Shown here piece by piece: positions 18,232-29,507 of a DNA stretch of 64,000 nt. The DNA is from Gemmatimonadota bacterium (GTDB lineage: Bacteria > Gemmatimonadota > Gemmatimonadetes > Gemmatimonadales > Gemmatimonadaceae). The stretch's first letter is position 1. Each line of letters opens with the position of its first letter. The position numbers and the translations under genes were made by a program. The stretch lies in assembly GCA_040389905.1 (NCBI GenBank), contig JAZJZK010000020.1, positions 98,977-162,976 on the forward strand, written 5' to 3'. Under the pieces are notes generated by a model. That model saw only the letters and a list, made by a program, of their open reading frames with translations, had not been told where the DNA came from and did not search any database.

Positions 18232-18347
18232 TGCACCGGAACATTGAACGCGGATTGGGCGGATTCTGAACTCCAAAAACTCGATAAAGCCATTTTGATA
18301 ACGCTTGATCGGATTTGATCCGCTTCAATCGGCTCAATCCGCGTTCA
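18232..18347. repeat. MITE-like element (TGAACGCGGATTG...CAATCCGCGTTCA), copy 1
   Basis: 13-bp perfect terminal inverted repeat; second copy at 42784-42896. Confidence 0.85.
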
Positions 18348-18412
18348 AATGTGCTGGTGGGGTCGCATCCGATGCGATTCCATAGGATGCCGGTGAGCGG
18401 AGCAAACAGCAC

Positions 18413-18448
18413 GTGCAGGCCCTTCGCTACGCTCAAGGGCGACAAAAC
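18413..18448. repeat. REP-like unit (single)
   Basis: GTGCAGGCCCTTCGCTACGCTCAAGGGCGACAAAAC. Confidence 0.8.
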
Positions 18449-18456
18449 GTGCGGAG

Positions 18457-20757
18457 CTACTTAAGCCCGTAGAGCGCTCGGTAGATCGCGGCATTCCGCG
18501 TCACCAGACGCACGTAGTCGCGTGTTTCGGTGAACGGAATCCACTCCGTAAACAGCTCGTCATCGTCCGATCCGGGGCGCGCAACCCAACGAGTCACGCG
18601 TGACGCCCCGGCATTGTATGCCGCCAGCGCCCGCTCGACCGGCGTGCCGCGGCGAAGACTCGACGCAAGGTGCGACGTCCCAAGCTCGAGGCTCACGTCG
18701 GGCTCGAACAAGAGGGCCGTATTCCAGAGCGGGTAGCGACGTGCCGACGCGATGGATGCGCCGACAGCCGGCAGTAGTTGCATCAACCCGCGCGCATTCG
18801 CCGGCGAGAGCGCTCGGGGATTCCAGCTCGACTCCTGACGGATGAGCCCCGCGACGAGCGCGGGATCGAGCTGATTGCGCCGCGCCTCCTCGATCAGCGC
18901 ATCCTCGTGCACCACGGGATAGGCGGCGCGATACAGCGCGGCACTCGACGTGCCGCGCTCGATCGCCGCGAGTGCGATTCGCAGCGCACGTGCCGGTTCG
19001 CCGACCGTGGCGAGCGCGGCGCACACGGCAGCGGCCAGGGTGGGCGTTTTTTCCCCGGATTCGGCCAGCGCATCGATTTCAAAACGCGTCTCGACGTCCA
19101 TGCCGAGCGTCCGAAGCGCGGCGATGCGCGCGACGGCGCTGTCCACGGCGGCGATGCCCCGCGCGGTGTCGGAACCTGTTGGGGGAGCCCACTCCGCAGC
19201 GCCGAGCCGGCGGGACGCGAGAATACCGTAATAGCTGAGCGGCGCGTTGCGACTAATGGTCGTCCAGCGTTGATCAGCGTCACCTTTACGTCCGAGCTTC
19301 TCGTACGCGCGGCCCGCCCAGTAACGGGCGGCCGTGACTTCGTCGTCGTTCGGATAATTCGCGACCAGCGAATCGAATCGCTGCGCCGCCGCTGCCGGCG
19401 ACGCACCCCACTCGATCAGGCCAAGACGAAACGCCGCGAGCGGCGCCTGTGCGGCGTTGCGGTAACCTGCGAGCAACTCACGGAGCGTTGCGGCTGCGGA
19501 GTCGGTGTTTCCCTCGTCGATCTGGAGGTCGGCGAGTAGCAAGAGCGCCGGCGCCCCAGCGTTGCGAGACGACGCGAACTGCGTGGCCACGGAGCGGAGT
19601 GCCTCCCGAGCGCCGGTGCCGTCGCCTGCCTGCAGCAGCATGCGCGCGCGCTGATAGGCGGCCGCCGGCGCGAGCGCGGGATCGCCGCTGATCGTCGCAT
19701 ACATGCGAGCAGCTTCTGCGGCGCGCCCGGCTTTCACCAGCGAAGTCGCGTACGTCATGCGGTCCTGGGCGCTCAGTTCCGCTACCGTGGACGCACGCTT
19801 GAAGCCAGCGATTGCGCGTGTCGTGACGCCCGCGGTCGCGGCCGCGCGCGCGACGACCACCTCATCCGCGACTGGCAGTTGGCCAAGTGAATCGAGTACA
19901 GCGAGCGCCTGACGAATCGTCGCAGCGCGCGACGATTGCTTGAGATAACTCACGATGCGAGTCGAGAGCGCCGCTCGCGCCGCATCGTCGCGAGCGGCAA
20001 GCCCCTCGACGCGAAATGCGGAGCCGTCATCTCCTGCACGACGGAATGCCTGTGCCGCACCAACAAAGTCTCCCGCGCGCTCGCGCGCCTGGGCGTCGGT
20101 TGCCGTGATGCGGGCCTTTGCTGCGTGGCCCGTGACGCGCGCGAACAGTGCGAGGCGCAGCGCACTGTCGCCGGTCACGCCCGCCGCGCGCAAGCGAAGC
20201 CAGTCGGCGACGCGAGGCAGTCGTGCGGCGGCGGCGAGGTAGTATGTCGAAGCGCTGTCGCGCTGCCCGGCGCGGTCATACGCGCGGGCGAGCAACACCC
20301 CGCGCGTCACTCGGCTCGGCCCATCGGTTCCGTGCGCCAGCGCGAGGCGCGCATCGGGGAGTGCATCGGTGCCACGGTCGAGCGCACTCCGCGCGAGTAG
20401 TTCCCTTCCCTCTCCGCCGAACTGCGTGTCGAGCCACGGTGCGTCACGGAGCACGCGATCGACTTCGCTCCAGCCGTCCCACGCCGCGGCGGCGCGCGCC
20501 GCGGCGAGACGCAACTCAGGCGACGCCGTTGCCGGGCTCGCTACCTTCGCTGCGACCAGCGCCGTCGCACGCCATGCCCGTCCCGCACGCACGAGCGAGT
20601 CCGCGCGCTGCGCAAGCGTATCCGCCTGCAGCGATGCGTTGGCGGCGTTCGCGAGGTCTACGTCGCCCCCGGATTGGAGCGCACCCGCACTGCTGCCGGA
20701 TCCGCAGCCAGCGGCTGTGCAAAGCAGCGCGAACAAAAGGCATCGGAGTCGATTCAT
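18457..20757 (-). CDS. Slt-type lytic transglycosylase with TPR-like repeats, probable lipoprotein
   Basis: AAGC lipobox; IRQES, SPANARGLMQL, AAYNAG, IPFTETRDYV motifs. Confidence 0.9.
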   Translation of the reverse strand: MNRLRCLLFALLCTAAGCGSGSSAGALQSGGDVDLANAANASLQADTLAQRADSLVRAGRAWRATALVAAKVASPATASPELRLAAARAAAAWDGWSEVDRVLRDAPWLDTQFGGEGRELLARSALDRGTDALPDARLALAHGTDGPSRVTRGVLLARAYDRAGQRDSASTYYLAAAARLPRVADWLRLRAAGVTGDSALRLALFARVTGHAAKARITATDAQARERAGDFVGAAQAFRRAGDDGSAFRVEGLAARDDAARAALSTRIVSYLKQSSRAATIRQALAVLDSLGQLPVADEVVVARAAATAGVTTRAIAGFKRASTVAELSAQDRMTYATSLVKAGRAAEAARMYATISGDPALAPAAAYQRARMLLQAGDGTGAREALRSVATQFASSRNAGAPALLLLADLQIDEGNTDSAAATLRELLAGYRNAAQAPLAAFRLGLIEWGASPAAAAQRFDSLVANYPNDDEVTAARYWAGRAYEKLGRKGDADQRWTTISRNAPLSYYGILASRRLGAAEWAPPTGSDTARGIAAVDSAVARIAALRTLGMDVETRFEIDALAESGEKTPTLAAAVCAALATVGEPARALRIALAAIERGTSSAALYRAAYPVVHEDALIEEARRNQLDPALVAGLIRQESSWNPRALSPANARGLMQLLPAVGASIASARRYPLWNTALLFEPDVSLELGTSHLASSLRRGTPVERALAAYNAGASRVTRWVARPGSDDDELFTEWIPFTETRDYVRLVTRNAAIYRALYGLK

Positions 20758-20797
20758 GCCATCGACAATGTCACGGTTCGTGCCACCGTGCGCACGA

Positions 20798-20823
20798 TGT
20801 CATCCCGAGTGAAGTCGAGGGAT
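20798..20823. repeat. Truncated REP-like unit abutting a stop codon
   Basis: TGTCATCCCGAGTGAAGTCGAGGGAT identical to the start of the 61981 unit. Confidence 0.75.
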
Positions 20824-22994
20824 TACTGGCTCGCTGCCGCACTACGCGGCGTGTCGCCCTGCAGCCAATAGGCGAACCATTGCCGCAGGCGGCCGAGTCG
20901 GTCGACGAGCAGCCAGGGCTCACCGGAGCGAGACAGTTCGTGCGTCGAGCGCGGATAGCGAACGAGCTCCACGGGTACGTTCTGCTTCTTGAGTGCGACG
21001 TACCAGAGTTCGGCGTTGCCCATCGGTGTCCGAAAATCCTCTTCCGACTGTACCATCAACGTGGGTGTGCGCACTTTCGTCACATGGCGGATCGGCGAGA
21101 GCTCGTCGTACATCTTGAAGTTGTCCCACGGCTTGCCGTAGAACTCGAACTCGGTGAGCCCCTGCGCATCGGATGCGCCGTACCAGTACGTCCAGTCGCT
21201 GATCATGCGATCGGTCTGCGCAGCCTTGAAGCGATTCGTCTTCGTCGTGATCCAGGCAGTCATGAATCCGCCGTACGATCCGCCGGTCACGCCCATCTTG
21301 GTGGAATCGATTTCCGGACGCACGGACACGAGGTCGACTGCCTTCATCAGGTCCTGATAGTCTTCGGCGCCCCAGCGTCCGCGCGTTGAATACGTGAAGT
21401 CGGCTCCATAGCCGCTCGAACCGCGCGGATTGGTGAACAGCACGTACATCCCCTGCGCAGCGAGATTCTGGAATTCGTCGAACCAGTTTTCACCGTAGGC
21501 GGAGTGCGGTCCGCCGTGAATGTAGAGGACGACCGGATACTTCTTGCCTGCTTGATAGCCGTATGGCCTCATCAGCCAACTCTCGATCTCAAGCCCGCCG
21601 ACCGATTTGAATGTGAAGCGCTCGGCGTCGCTGAATGCGACTGTACTCGTGAGCTTGTCGTTGAAGCTCGTGATGCGCCGCTCGTTCTTTCCATCGGCGT
21701 CTGCGATGTAGAGTTCGGTGGGTTTCGTCATGCTCGTCGCAACAAACGCGACTTTCTTTCCGGCGCCGTCGTAGCTGAATCCGCTCATGCGCCGACGGCC
21801 ACCGAGCAGCTGCGTGGCCTGCTTCGTATCCGTGTTGAGCTTGAAGAGCCCGCTGCTGCCACCGACCTCAGCGTTGAATTGCAGGCTGCCGTCTGGGAGC
21901 CAGTCGAGGCCCGCCGGCTCGTACTTGAACGACGGCGCCAGCACATTCGCCGGCGTGGCGCCGTTGGGATCGACGAGATAGATCGTGGCAGACGCGATGC
22001 GCGTCGCACGGCCGATGAAGGCGAGGCGTTTCGAGTCCGGTGACCAGGTCAAGTTGCCCTCGCCACCCATCCAGCGCGCGACGCGGCGCGGGGCGCCGCC
22101 ATCCGCGCTGATGACGAAGATGTCAACGTCGTTGCGCGGCGCTTCGTCGCGCTTCGCATCATACGGCAGGAAGGCGAGCGAATCAGCTTCGCGCTGCGCG
22201 AGGGAGTCGGAACGCAATTCGGCGTCGGCCGTGAAGGCGATCCACTTGCCGTCGGGACTCACCGTCGCGCCGCGATGCGAGTACGGGGTGCGGGTGATCT
22301 GCTTTTTCTCGGAACCGTCGAAGGCTTGGACCCAGATCTGCGCCGGGTGGTAGGCGCGTGCTTCCTTCGGCGAGGGAACGTAGCCTCGGTCGTTCGACTT
22401 GAACACCATGTCGGTGATGTGGCGTCCGTCGAAGCGGGCCGCGTCTGCCGGTTTGGTAATCGCGCCAAAGGGCGGGCGGGCCATCGGCAGCATCTTGCCG
22501 TAGATGTCGCGCCGCATCGCGCCGGAATCCGGTGAGAGCGCTGTGTCCGATTCGGTCCAGACGGCGAAGCGATGATCGGCCGGCATCGACCCCGACGGAT
22601 ACGTCTCGAGCTGCGTTGCCTCGCCGCTGGGCTGGTCCATCCTGATGGCCCAGGTGCTTCCTTTTCCGCCTGGACGGTTCGAGGTGAAGAACAGGTACCT
22701 GCCGTCGGGCGACCAACGCGGGGCGCTGCTCTCGGTCCCCGGCGAGGTGAGACGCATCGGCTCGCCGCCCGAGGTGGCAGCGACCCAGACTTCGCTGTGC
22801 CGCTTGCCTTCAGATTCGCGGACGGTGGTGACCGTGAAGGCGACCTTGTCGCCCGCTGGCGACGTCGCGGGCGAGCTCAGCGTCGTGAGCTTGTACCAGT
22901 CAGCGACCTGAAACGCGCGCGGCGTGGTGCCCTGCGCGAATGCGGGAGTAGCGCCGACGATCAGAAGCAGCGCGGCGCGAGCGGAGGAGTGCAT
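20823..22994 (-). CDS. S9 family (acylaminoacyl/dipeptidyl) peptidase with beta-propeller, secreted
   Basis: Signal peptide from ATG 22994, WSPD repeats, IHGGPH, NPRGSSGYG, GGSYGG nucleophile, EEDFR, STHE. Confidence 0.92.
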   Translation of the reverse strand: MHSSARAALLLIVGATPAFAQGTTPRAFQVADWYKLTTLSSPATSPAGDKVAFTVTTVRESEGKRHSEVWVAATSGGEPMRLTSPGTESSAPRWSPDGRYLFFTSNRPGGKGSTWAIRMDQPSGEATQLETYPSGSMPADHRFAVWTESDTALSPDSGAMRRDIYGKMLPMARPPFGAITKPADAARFDGRHITDMVFKSNDRGYVPSPKEARAYHPAQIWVQAFDGSEKKQITRTPYSHRGATVSPDGKWIAFTADAELRSDSLAQREADSLAFLPYDAKRDEAPRNDVDIFVISADGGAPRRVARWMGGEGNLTWSPDSKRLAFIGRATRIASATIYLVDPNGATPANVLAPSFKYEPAGLDWLPDGSLQFNAEVGGSSGLFKLNTDTKQATQLLGGRRRMSGFSYDGAGKKVAFVATSMTKPTELYIADADGKNERRITSFNDKLTSTVAFSDAERFTFKSVGGLEIESWLMRPYGYQAGKKYPVVLYIHGGPHSAYGENWFDEFQNLAAQGMYVLFTNPRGSSGYGADFTYSTRGRWGAEDYQDLMKAVDLVSVRPEIDSTKMGVTGGSYGGFMTAWITTKTNRFKAAQTDRMISDWTYWYGASDAQGLTEFEFYGKPWDNFKMYDELSPIRHVTKVRTPTLMVQSEEDFRTPMGNAELWYVALKKQNVPVELVRYPRSTHELSRSGEPWLLVDRLGRLRQWFAYWLQGDTPRSAAASQ

Positions 22995-23231
22995 CGGAAC
23001 CTCGATGGAGGGATCACGGCGCCACGGCGTCTGGCGTGACTCCCTCAAATATGCAGGCCGAGGCGCACCGGCACTACGCCAGCGATCTACGATGCTCGAC
23101 CTCGCGAGGGCGAACGCACAAATGGGCCGGCACGAATGCCGACCCATCTGTGGTCGCTCGGGTTCATGCAAGTGCGCCCCACCAGCGCCCAGACATTCCC
23201 CCTTGCTATCTATTGCTACACACCAACCGTA

Positions 23232-23738
23232 CTACGCGTTGGGTTTCCGTACTGCTGCCGCGCGCCGCGCCAGCTTGCCGCGCACAATCTTCGCCTGCCT
23301 CGCGCGTACGCGGGAAACTTTCTGCACGTTCGCGTCGAATACTTTCTGATTCTCGGCGGAAAGCGCCGCGCGCATCTCGCCCGCTTGCTGGACCATCAGC
23401 GCTCGGGTCTTCTGCTGACCTTCCCTCGCCTGTTGGATGAGCGTCCGCGCGCCCGCCGTGTCACCCTTCTGCCGCAGCGCACGCGCCTCGAGTAGCGTAG
23501 GCTTGAGCGCCTCGCGGGAAGCCTTCGCCTCTGCACGGTACTTCGCGTTCACTTCCTTCAGCTTCGTCTTCTCGTCAGCGCTGAGATTCAGTCCGCGAAG
23601 CAGGCCGCGCGCCGGGCCCTTGGCGTGACGCGCCTGAGCCGTTCGCGCGACTCCCGTCGAGGACGCCTGCGCGCCCGCAATGGATGCAGTGGCAACGAGT
23701 GACGAAAGCACGAATGCTGTAATGCGAAACCTGTTCAT
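23232..23738 (-). CDS. Spy/CpxP-like periplasmic helical protein
   Basis: Signal peptide, LNLSADEK and LSAENQ (LTxxQ-like) motifs, GGAGG RBS. Confidence 0.7.
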   Translation of the reverse strand: MNRFRITAFVLSSLVATASIAGAQASSTGVARTAQARHAKGPARGLLRGLNLSADEKTKLKEVNAKYRAEAKASREALKPTLLEARALRQKGDTAGARTLIQQAREGQQKTRALMVQQAGEMRAALSAENQKVFDANVQKVSRVRARQAKIVRGKLARRAAAVRKPNA

Positions 23739-23807
23739 CTATTCCTCCAGTGAGTTGTCGCGCACCCTCGCGCGCTCACATGGGAAGACGGCTGAATTCG
23801 GAACGCG

Positions 23808-24191
23808 TTAAGGACCCACGTACGCGACGGCACTGATCTCGACGAGAATATCACGGAGTTCCACACCGACGGCCGTACGACTCGGAAACGGACTCGAGAA
23901 GAACTCCGTGTACACAGAGTTCATCGTTGCCCAGTCATCGACGTTCGTGAGGTAAATGATGACACTGACGACGTCCTGCATCGTCGCCCCGGCTTCTGCG
24001 AGGATGCGTTGTACGTTAGACAGCGTCTGTCGCGTTTGCGTTGCCACATCGGTGCCGACGAGTTCTCCCGTGGCCTGGTCGCGCGGCGTCTGTCCACTGA
24101 CGTAGATGAAATCTCCAGCGCGCACAGCTGGGCTGTAGGGGCCCTTCGGCGGCGGAACGTCAGCGAGCGAAATCGATTTCCAGTGTGCCAT
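23808..24191 (-). CDS. RidA/YjgF family enamine/imine deaminase
   Basis: GPYSPAV, YVSGQ, MNSVYTEFF, PSRTAV, VEISAVA. Confidence 0.9.
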   Translation of the reverse strand: MAHWKSISLADVPPPKGPYSPAVRAGDFIYVSGQTPRDQATGELVGTDVATQTRQTLSNVQRILAEAGATMQDVVSVIIYLTNVDDWATMNSVYTEFFSSPFPSRTAVGVELRDILVEISAVAYVGP

Positions 24192-24236
24192 TTGAGAGGT
24201 GTACGCGCGCACCCGCTCCGGTGTTGCGGCTCGCGA

Positions 24237-24974
24237 TCAGCGCACGCCGAGACCCACGACGACGCGCACGAACGGACCGCCCGCCGAGGCGTCGGGACCG
24301 GTGAGCACCGGTCGCCCGTCAGTCGACCACGTTGTTCGATTGGGCGCGATCAGGTAGCCGCCTCGGACGCCGAACACGACGCCGGCAGGGCTGCCCGTAC
24401 CTCGCGTGATCAGGAAGTCTGCTCCACCACCCACACTGTAGAGCAAGTGGTTGCCCGCCACCACCGAGGACGCGCCCGGATTCGCGGCGACCTCGGCAAA
24501 CGTTGGCTGCGATGTGGTCACTGCGGCTCCACCACTCCGGTCACGCAACGTGATGTCGATTCGCCCGACGCCGACGCCCAGTGTTGGAAACAGATTCATG
24601 CGCTTCGTGGCAACCAGGTTGTACGAAGCGGTCCCGAGGAACTGCATCGCGTTCAGGTCGTCGGAGCGTCCACTGCTGGTGCCTTCCTCGCCATAGGTTG
24701 TTTTCGCGACGTCCACCCCGAGCAATGCTCGGCCGAGTGCCACGTATCCGTTCGCACCATAGCTGATGCCGTCGTTGGACAATCCGGAAAAGCGCGCCGT
24801 GGTGAGCACGCCGTTCAGCGCATCGACGGACATGGTCGTCGCGCCAGTGGTGAACACGACGGCGTGGAAGCCCTGGCCTTGGGACGCCGTGCTCAGGAGA
24901 GCGATGAGTAATCCGCTGCCGAGGCAAGCGTGGCGAGATGACGACATGTGCAATGACAGAGACATAGTGCTCAC
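24237..24974 (-). CDS. Hypothetical exported protein, probable small outer-membrane beta-barrel (start uncertain)
   Basis: Signal peptide and Gly-rich alternating beta-strands (GVRGGYL, GPFVRVVVGLG). Confidence 0.55.
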   Translation of the reverse strand: MSTMSLSLHMSSSRHACLGSGLLIALLSTASQGQGFHAVVFTTGATTMSVDALNGVLTTARFSGLSNDGISYGANGYVALGRALLGVDVAKTTYGEEGTSSGRSDDLNAMQFLGTASYNLVATKRMNLFPTLGVGVGRIDITLRDRSGGAAVTTSQPTFAEVAANPGASSVVAGNHLLYSVGGGADFLITRGTGSPAGVVFGVRGGYLIAPNRTTWSTDGRPVLTGPDASAGGPFVRVVVGLGVR

Positions 24975-25079
24975 CGCGATTAGGACTGAGTCGGAGTCTC
25001 GGTCGCATTGACGAAAACGTGAGTTCGGTTGCTCGCCGGCATCGAGTCGGTCGCTCAGGATGGTGTCGATGCCATTTCC

Positions 25080-25299
25080 ACCACAAAGGACGCAGAGGAA
25101 CAGAGGAGCGCAGAGGTAGTTCGTAACAGCACGTGCAGACCCCTCCCTTCGTCGCTTGCGCTCCTCGAGGGCAGGCTGCTTCGGTCGCTCGGGGTGACAA
25201 TGGGTTCACGCTCGTTAGTCGCTGAGCGTAACGAAGGCCCGCACCCATCAGTTCCGAAGTCCCCTCTGCGTCCCTCTGCGCCTCCGCGCCCTCTGCGGT
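25080..25299. repeat. Composite palindrome: GCAGAGG-repeat arms enclosing a REP-like doublet (25133-25244)
   Basis: ACCACAAAGGACGCAGAGG...CCTCTGCG..CCTCTGCGGT; inverted homolog at 56104-56236. Confidence 0.8.
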
Positions 25300-25403
25300 A
25301 AGAACGACAGCGCCACTGTACTCATCACGGCTGCTGACGTGATAACAAATCCTGACCACTCAAGCCCCTTTCGTATCACGGTGAGCCACACCAGAATCGG
25401 GGC

Positions 25404-26441
25404 ATGCCAATGAACTCAGACTCGTCCGAGTACGCGCCTGTCCGCTGGGGAATCCTCGGCGCGGCAAATATCGCCGTTGAAAAAGTCATCCCCGCGATGC
25501 AGCAGAGTCCTCACACGCCGGTCGTCGCCATCGCTTCCCGTGACCTCGCCAAGGCGCAGGCCGCCGCCGGGAGGCACGGCATTGCACGCGCGTATGGTTC
25601 ATACGAGGAGTTGATCGCTGATCCCGACATCGATGCGATCTACAACCCGTTGCCGAACCATCTGCACGTTCCGTGGGCTATTCGCGCTGCCGAAGCGGGC
25701 AAGCACGTGCTCTGTGAGAAACCGATTTCCCTCTCAGCCGCCGAAGCCCGAACACTCCTCGAGGTACGCGATCGGACCGGCGTCAAGATTGGCGAAGCGT
25801 TCATGGTGCGGGCACACCCGCAGTGGGCGGCCGTGCGTGAGCTGATCGCCGAGGGACGCATTGGAGACCTGCGTCTCGTCGTTGGGCATTTCAGTTACTA
25901 CCGTCGCGACCCGAACGATGTGCGCAGCAATCCCGACTGGGGCGGTGGTGCGCTCATGGATGTCGGCTGCTATCCGATCACGCTGTCGCGCTGGCTCTTT
26001 GGTGAGGAGCCGGAGGCGGTGATTGGCGTCCTGGAGAATGATCCAGACCTGCGCGTCGACCGGCTGGTCTCCGGACTTCTCGAGTTTCCATCTGGCCAGG
26101 CGAGCTTTACCGTCGGAGGCCAGTTGGTGTCCTTTCAGCGCATGCAGATGTTCGGAACGAAAGGTCGGATCGATGTGGAGATTCCATTCAGTCCGCAACC
26201 CGATCGGGAGTGCCGCATTCTCGTTGACGATGGAAGCCAATTTGCGGGCGCCGCTGCGGAGGTCATTTCATTTCCCGCACTCGACCAGTACCGGTTGCAA
26301 GGCGAGCGCTTTTCCGAGGCCGTACGAGGTAAAGGCTGGGTGCCGTGTTCACTCGAGGATGCGTTCGGCAACATGGCGGTCATCGATGCGATTTTCCGGT
26401 CGTCGGATTCGAAGAAATGGGAGACGCCGGAACGGCTTTAG
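25404..26441 (+). CDS. Gfo/Idh/MocA oxidoreductase, candidate D-xylose/aldose dehydrogenase
   Basis: VRWGILGAANIA, YNPLPNHLH, KHVLCEKP, GGALMDVGCY. Confidence 0.85.
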   Translation: MPMNSDSSEYAPVRWGILGAANIAVEKVIPAMQQSPHTPVVAIASRDLAKAQAAAGRHGIARAYGSYEELIADPDIDAIYNPLPNHLHVPWAIRAAEAGKHVLCEKPISLSAAEARTLLEVRDRTGVKIGEAFMVRAHPQWAAVRELIAEGRIGDLRLVVGHFSYYRRDPNDVRSNPDWGGGALMDVGCYPITLSRWLFGEEPEAVIGVLENDPDLRVDRLVSGLLEFPSGQASFTVGGQLVSFQRMQMFGTKGRIDVEIPFSPQPDRECRILVDDGSQFAGAAAEVISFPALDQYRLQGERFSEAVRGKGWVPCSLEDAFGNMAVIDAIFRSSDSKKWETPERL

Positions 26442-26494
26442 TGGCTTGGCACTAGGGACTAGGTCTTAGAAGGCAGGAGACAGGGGACAGGAAC

Positions 26495-26612
26495 TTCACG
26501 CTCGTTTTGTCGCCCTGAGCGAAGCGAAGGGCCTGCGCGTGCAGTTACGCTGGTGCTAGCCGAGCGTGAGGTGCCGGCCCTTCGCGTTGCTCAGGGCGAC
26601 AAAACGAGTGAA
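26495..26612. repeat. REP-like inverted doublet
   Basis: CTCGTTTTGTCGCCCTGAGC ... GCTCAGGGCGACAAAACGAG between convergent genes. Confidence 0.85.
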
Positions 26613-26617
26613 CTGAT

Positions 26618-27445
26618 CTACTCGACCGTGTTGTCGAGGGTGCCGATCTCGGCGACGCTAATCGCCACTCGATCACCCGATGCCAACGTGAACGAATCCG
26701 GCGGTACGACGCCTGTTCCCGTCAGCAGCACGCAGCCCTGGGGGAAGCTGGTTTCCCGAAAGAGATAGTCGACCAGTTCGCGCGGCGTGCGACGCATTTG
26801 CGCCAGCGTCGTACTGCCATCGAAGACGCTCACCCCGCCGCGCTCGATCAGAATCGAGATCGCCGTGTCCGCGCCCAGTGGCTCGTCCACAAGCAGCACC
26901 GATGGGCCGAGTGAGCATGAACCGTCGTACGTCTTGGCCTGCGGGAGATAGAGTGGATTCTCCCCCTCGATATCCCGGGAACTGACATCGTTGCCGATCG
27001 TGTAGCCGATGATCTCGCCGCGCGAGTTCACGTAGAGCGCAAACTCAGGCTCCGGCACGCTCCACTTGGAATCCCTGCGAACGCGAATGAGATCACCCGT
27101 TCCACGCACGCGCCAAGGCGCTGCCTTGAAGAACAGCTCTGGACGCGCGGCGTCGTACACGCGGTCGTAAAACGACCCGCCACCGGAGTCCTGAGACTCC
27201 TCAATCCGTGCCGTGCGGCTTCGGAAGTAGGTCACACCTGCCGCCCACACTTCCTGGGAGCCGATCGGAGCGAGGCACACGCCGCCCGCCGGCGCGTCGG
27301 TAAGCGATGGAAACGTCTCCGTGAGATGCAGCAGGAGCCCATCGCGATTGATGAGCGCATCCCACTCTTCGTCGATCAGCCGCGCCACTCCGTCGAGCTC
27401 GACGCGAACACCCGCCGGCGTGCGTGAAAGCTTCACTGAAGTCAT
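26618..27445 (-). CDS. FAH-family protein, probable 2-keto-3-deoxy-pentonate dehydratase (XylX/KdxD-like)
   Basis: [45 protein letters not shown]. Confidence 0.85.
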   Translation of the reverse strand: MTSVKLSRTPAGVRVELDGVARLIDEEWDALINRDGLLLHLTETFPSLTDAPAGGVCLAPIGSQEVWAAGVTYFRSRTARIEESQDSGGGSFYDRVYDAARPELFFKAAPWRVRGTGDLIRVRRDSKWSVPEPEFALYVNSRGEIIGYTIGNDVSSRDIEGENPLYLPQAKTYDGSCSLGPSVLLVDEPLGADTAISILIERGGVSVFDGSTTLAQMRRTPRELVDYLFRETSFPQGCVLLTGTGVVPPDSFTLASGDRVAISVAEIGTLDNTVE

Positions 27446-29442
27446 GTGTCCTGTGTGAGGTGTGCCGGCGCTCCCTCGAGCGCGTGAATGATTGCGTCAA
27501 CGTCATAGACGCATCCCGCCCAGGTGCCGCCGCTCGCGCGTTGCAGCGCAGCCCAGAGTCGTGTGTCGTCGGGAAGTGCGGCGTCTGGCCGAAGCGATGG
27601 ATGCGCGGAACGTCTGGCGAGGACGTCGTCGCAGGTGACGGTGTCCAGCCGGACGCCTCCCTCTCCAACAAAGTTGATCGACCCGGCGAGCGACTCGCGA
27701 TCCACGATGATCTCGATCAGGTCATCGTCGCGCAGCCGACCAATGGGCCCGCCGTGTAACGCCTCCGGACCGATGTGCCCAACGCACGCCCCACTCGAGA
27801 AGCCCGAGAAGCGCCCGTCGGTGAGCAGCGCAACCTGCTTGCCCCACGGTAGATACTTGAGCGCGATCGTGATCTGCGCCGTCTCCTGCATGCCGGTTCC
27901 CGAAGGACCGTTCCCGATCAACACGATGACGTCACCAGGCTTGATCGGCCGGTCCGTTGTTCCCTTCACCGCCTGAATCGCGTCGCGCTCATCGGCAAAC
28001 ACCCGCGCCGGTCCGGTATGACGATAGACGTTGTCTGCATCGATCACGGACCGATCCATCGCCGTCGCCTTGATCACCGATCCCTCGGGCGCAATGTTGC
28101 CGACCGGAAACACCACGGTGCTCGTGAGCCCGGCACTCCGCGCCGCCTCTGGACTCATGATCACATTGGCCGGATCGACCTCGGCGCCCGATGCGAGACG
28201 CGCACGCGCTTCGCGTCTCCGGTCGCTCGATTCCCACCAGTCGAGCGTCGTATCGAGCGTGTCACCCGTCGCGGTAATGACGTCGCCATGCAAGAGACCC
28301 AGGCGCCGCAAATGCAACATGACTTCTGGAACGCCGCCGGCCATGAAGACCTGCACGGTCGGATGGCCTCGCGGACCGTTCGGCAACGCATCGACGAGAC
28401 GTGGAACCGACTTGTTGACGCGAATCCAGTCCGACACCGTCGGCCGCGACAGCCCCGCCGCGTGCGCGATGGCCGGTATGTGCAACAGCAGATTCGTCGA
28501 TCCGCCGAACGCCGCATGCACCAGCATTGCATTCTCGATGGCATGCTGGGTGAGAATGCTCGCGAGCGGAATCTTCATCGCGCGCAGGCGCATGAGCGCC
28601 GTCGCCGAGCGACGCCCGAGCTCGTACCACGCCGGCTCTCCTGACGGGGCAAGCGCACTGTGCGGCAGCGCGAGACCAAGCGCTTCCGCGACGACCTGCG
28701 AGGTCGCCGCCGTGCCGAGGAACTGGCACCCGCCACCGGCAGAGCCGCAAGCCCGACATCCCATCTCGGCGGCGTAGTCCAGCGACACGAGATCTCGAGA
28801 GAACCGCGCACCGAGACTCTGAATCTGCCCTGCATCCTCGGCACCCTGCGCGGGAAGCGTCACCCCGCCCGGAACGATCACGCCCGGTAAATGCTTCACT
28901 CCCGCGAGCGCGAGCATCGTTGCCGGCAACCCTTTATCGCACGTCGCAATGCCCATCACGCCCGATGCGGTCGGCAGCGAGCGTATCTGCCGACGCATGA
29001 CGGTTGCCGCATCGTTGCGATACGCGAGGCTGTCGAACATTCCGGTCGTGCCTTGCGTGCGGCCGTCACATGGGTCGCTGCAATACGCCGCGAAGGGAAT
29101 CGCGCCGCCTGCACGCAGCGTTTCCGCTGCTTCACGCACGAGGAGCCCAATCTCCCAATGCCCGGTGTGATAGCCGAGTGCGATCGGCGTGCCGTCTTCG
29201 CCACGCAATCCGCCGAGTGTGCTGACGATCAGATATTCCGGCCCCTGGAGTTGTGCCGCGGCCCACCCCATCCCGACATTCTGCGTCAACCCGAACAGAT
29301 CACCGCTCGGCCGTTCACGCAGCATTTCGGGCGTCAGCGGCAGCGCACCGGACGGCCCGCTACCCGAAAGTCGGCCGGCGACCACGGCATCGGCGGAACC
29401 AAGGACGGATTCGAGCGGCGGAACAGCGGGTGACCTCATCAT
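27442..29442 (-). CDS. YjhG/YagF family D-xylonate dehydratase (IlvD/Edd fold)
   Basis: [60 protein letters not shown]. Confidence 0.9.
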   Translation of the reverse strand: MMRSPAVPPLESVLGSADAVVAGRLSGSGPSGALPLTPEMLRERPSGDLFGLTQNVGMGWAAAQLQGPEYLIVSTLGGLRGEDGTPIALGYHTGHWEIGLLVREAAETLRAGGAIPFAAYCSDPCDGRTQGTTGMFDSLAYRNDAATVMRRQIRSLPTASGVMGIATCDKGLPATMLALAGVKHLPGVIVPGGVTLPAQGAEDAGQIQSLGARFSRDLVSLDYAAEMGCRACGSAGGGCQFLGTAATSQVVAEALGLALPHSALAPSGEPAWYELGRRSATALMRLRAMKIPLASILTQHAIENAMLVHAAFGGSTNLLLHIPAIAHAAGLSRPTVSDWIRVNKSVPRLVDALPNGPRGHPTVQVFMAGGVPEVMLHLRRLGLLHGDVITATGDTLDTTLDWWESSDRRREARARLASGAEVDPANVIMSPEAARSAGLTSTVVFPVGNIAPEGSVIKATAMDRSVIDADNVYRHTGPARVFADERDAIQAVKGTTDRPIKPGDVIVLIGNGPSGTGMQETAQITIALKYLPWGKQVALLTDGRFSGFSSGACVGHIGPEALHGGPIGRLRDDDLIEIIVDRESLAGSINFVGEGGVRLDTVTCDDVLARRSAHPSLRPDAALPDDTRLWAALQRASGGTWAGCVYDVDAIIHALEGAPAHLTQDT

Positions 29443-29507
29443 ATTGCAAGCTTGCGGACTGCACGGCAGTGCCGCCAGTGACGAAATTGTGAAAAAAAGG
29501 AGACCTC

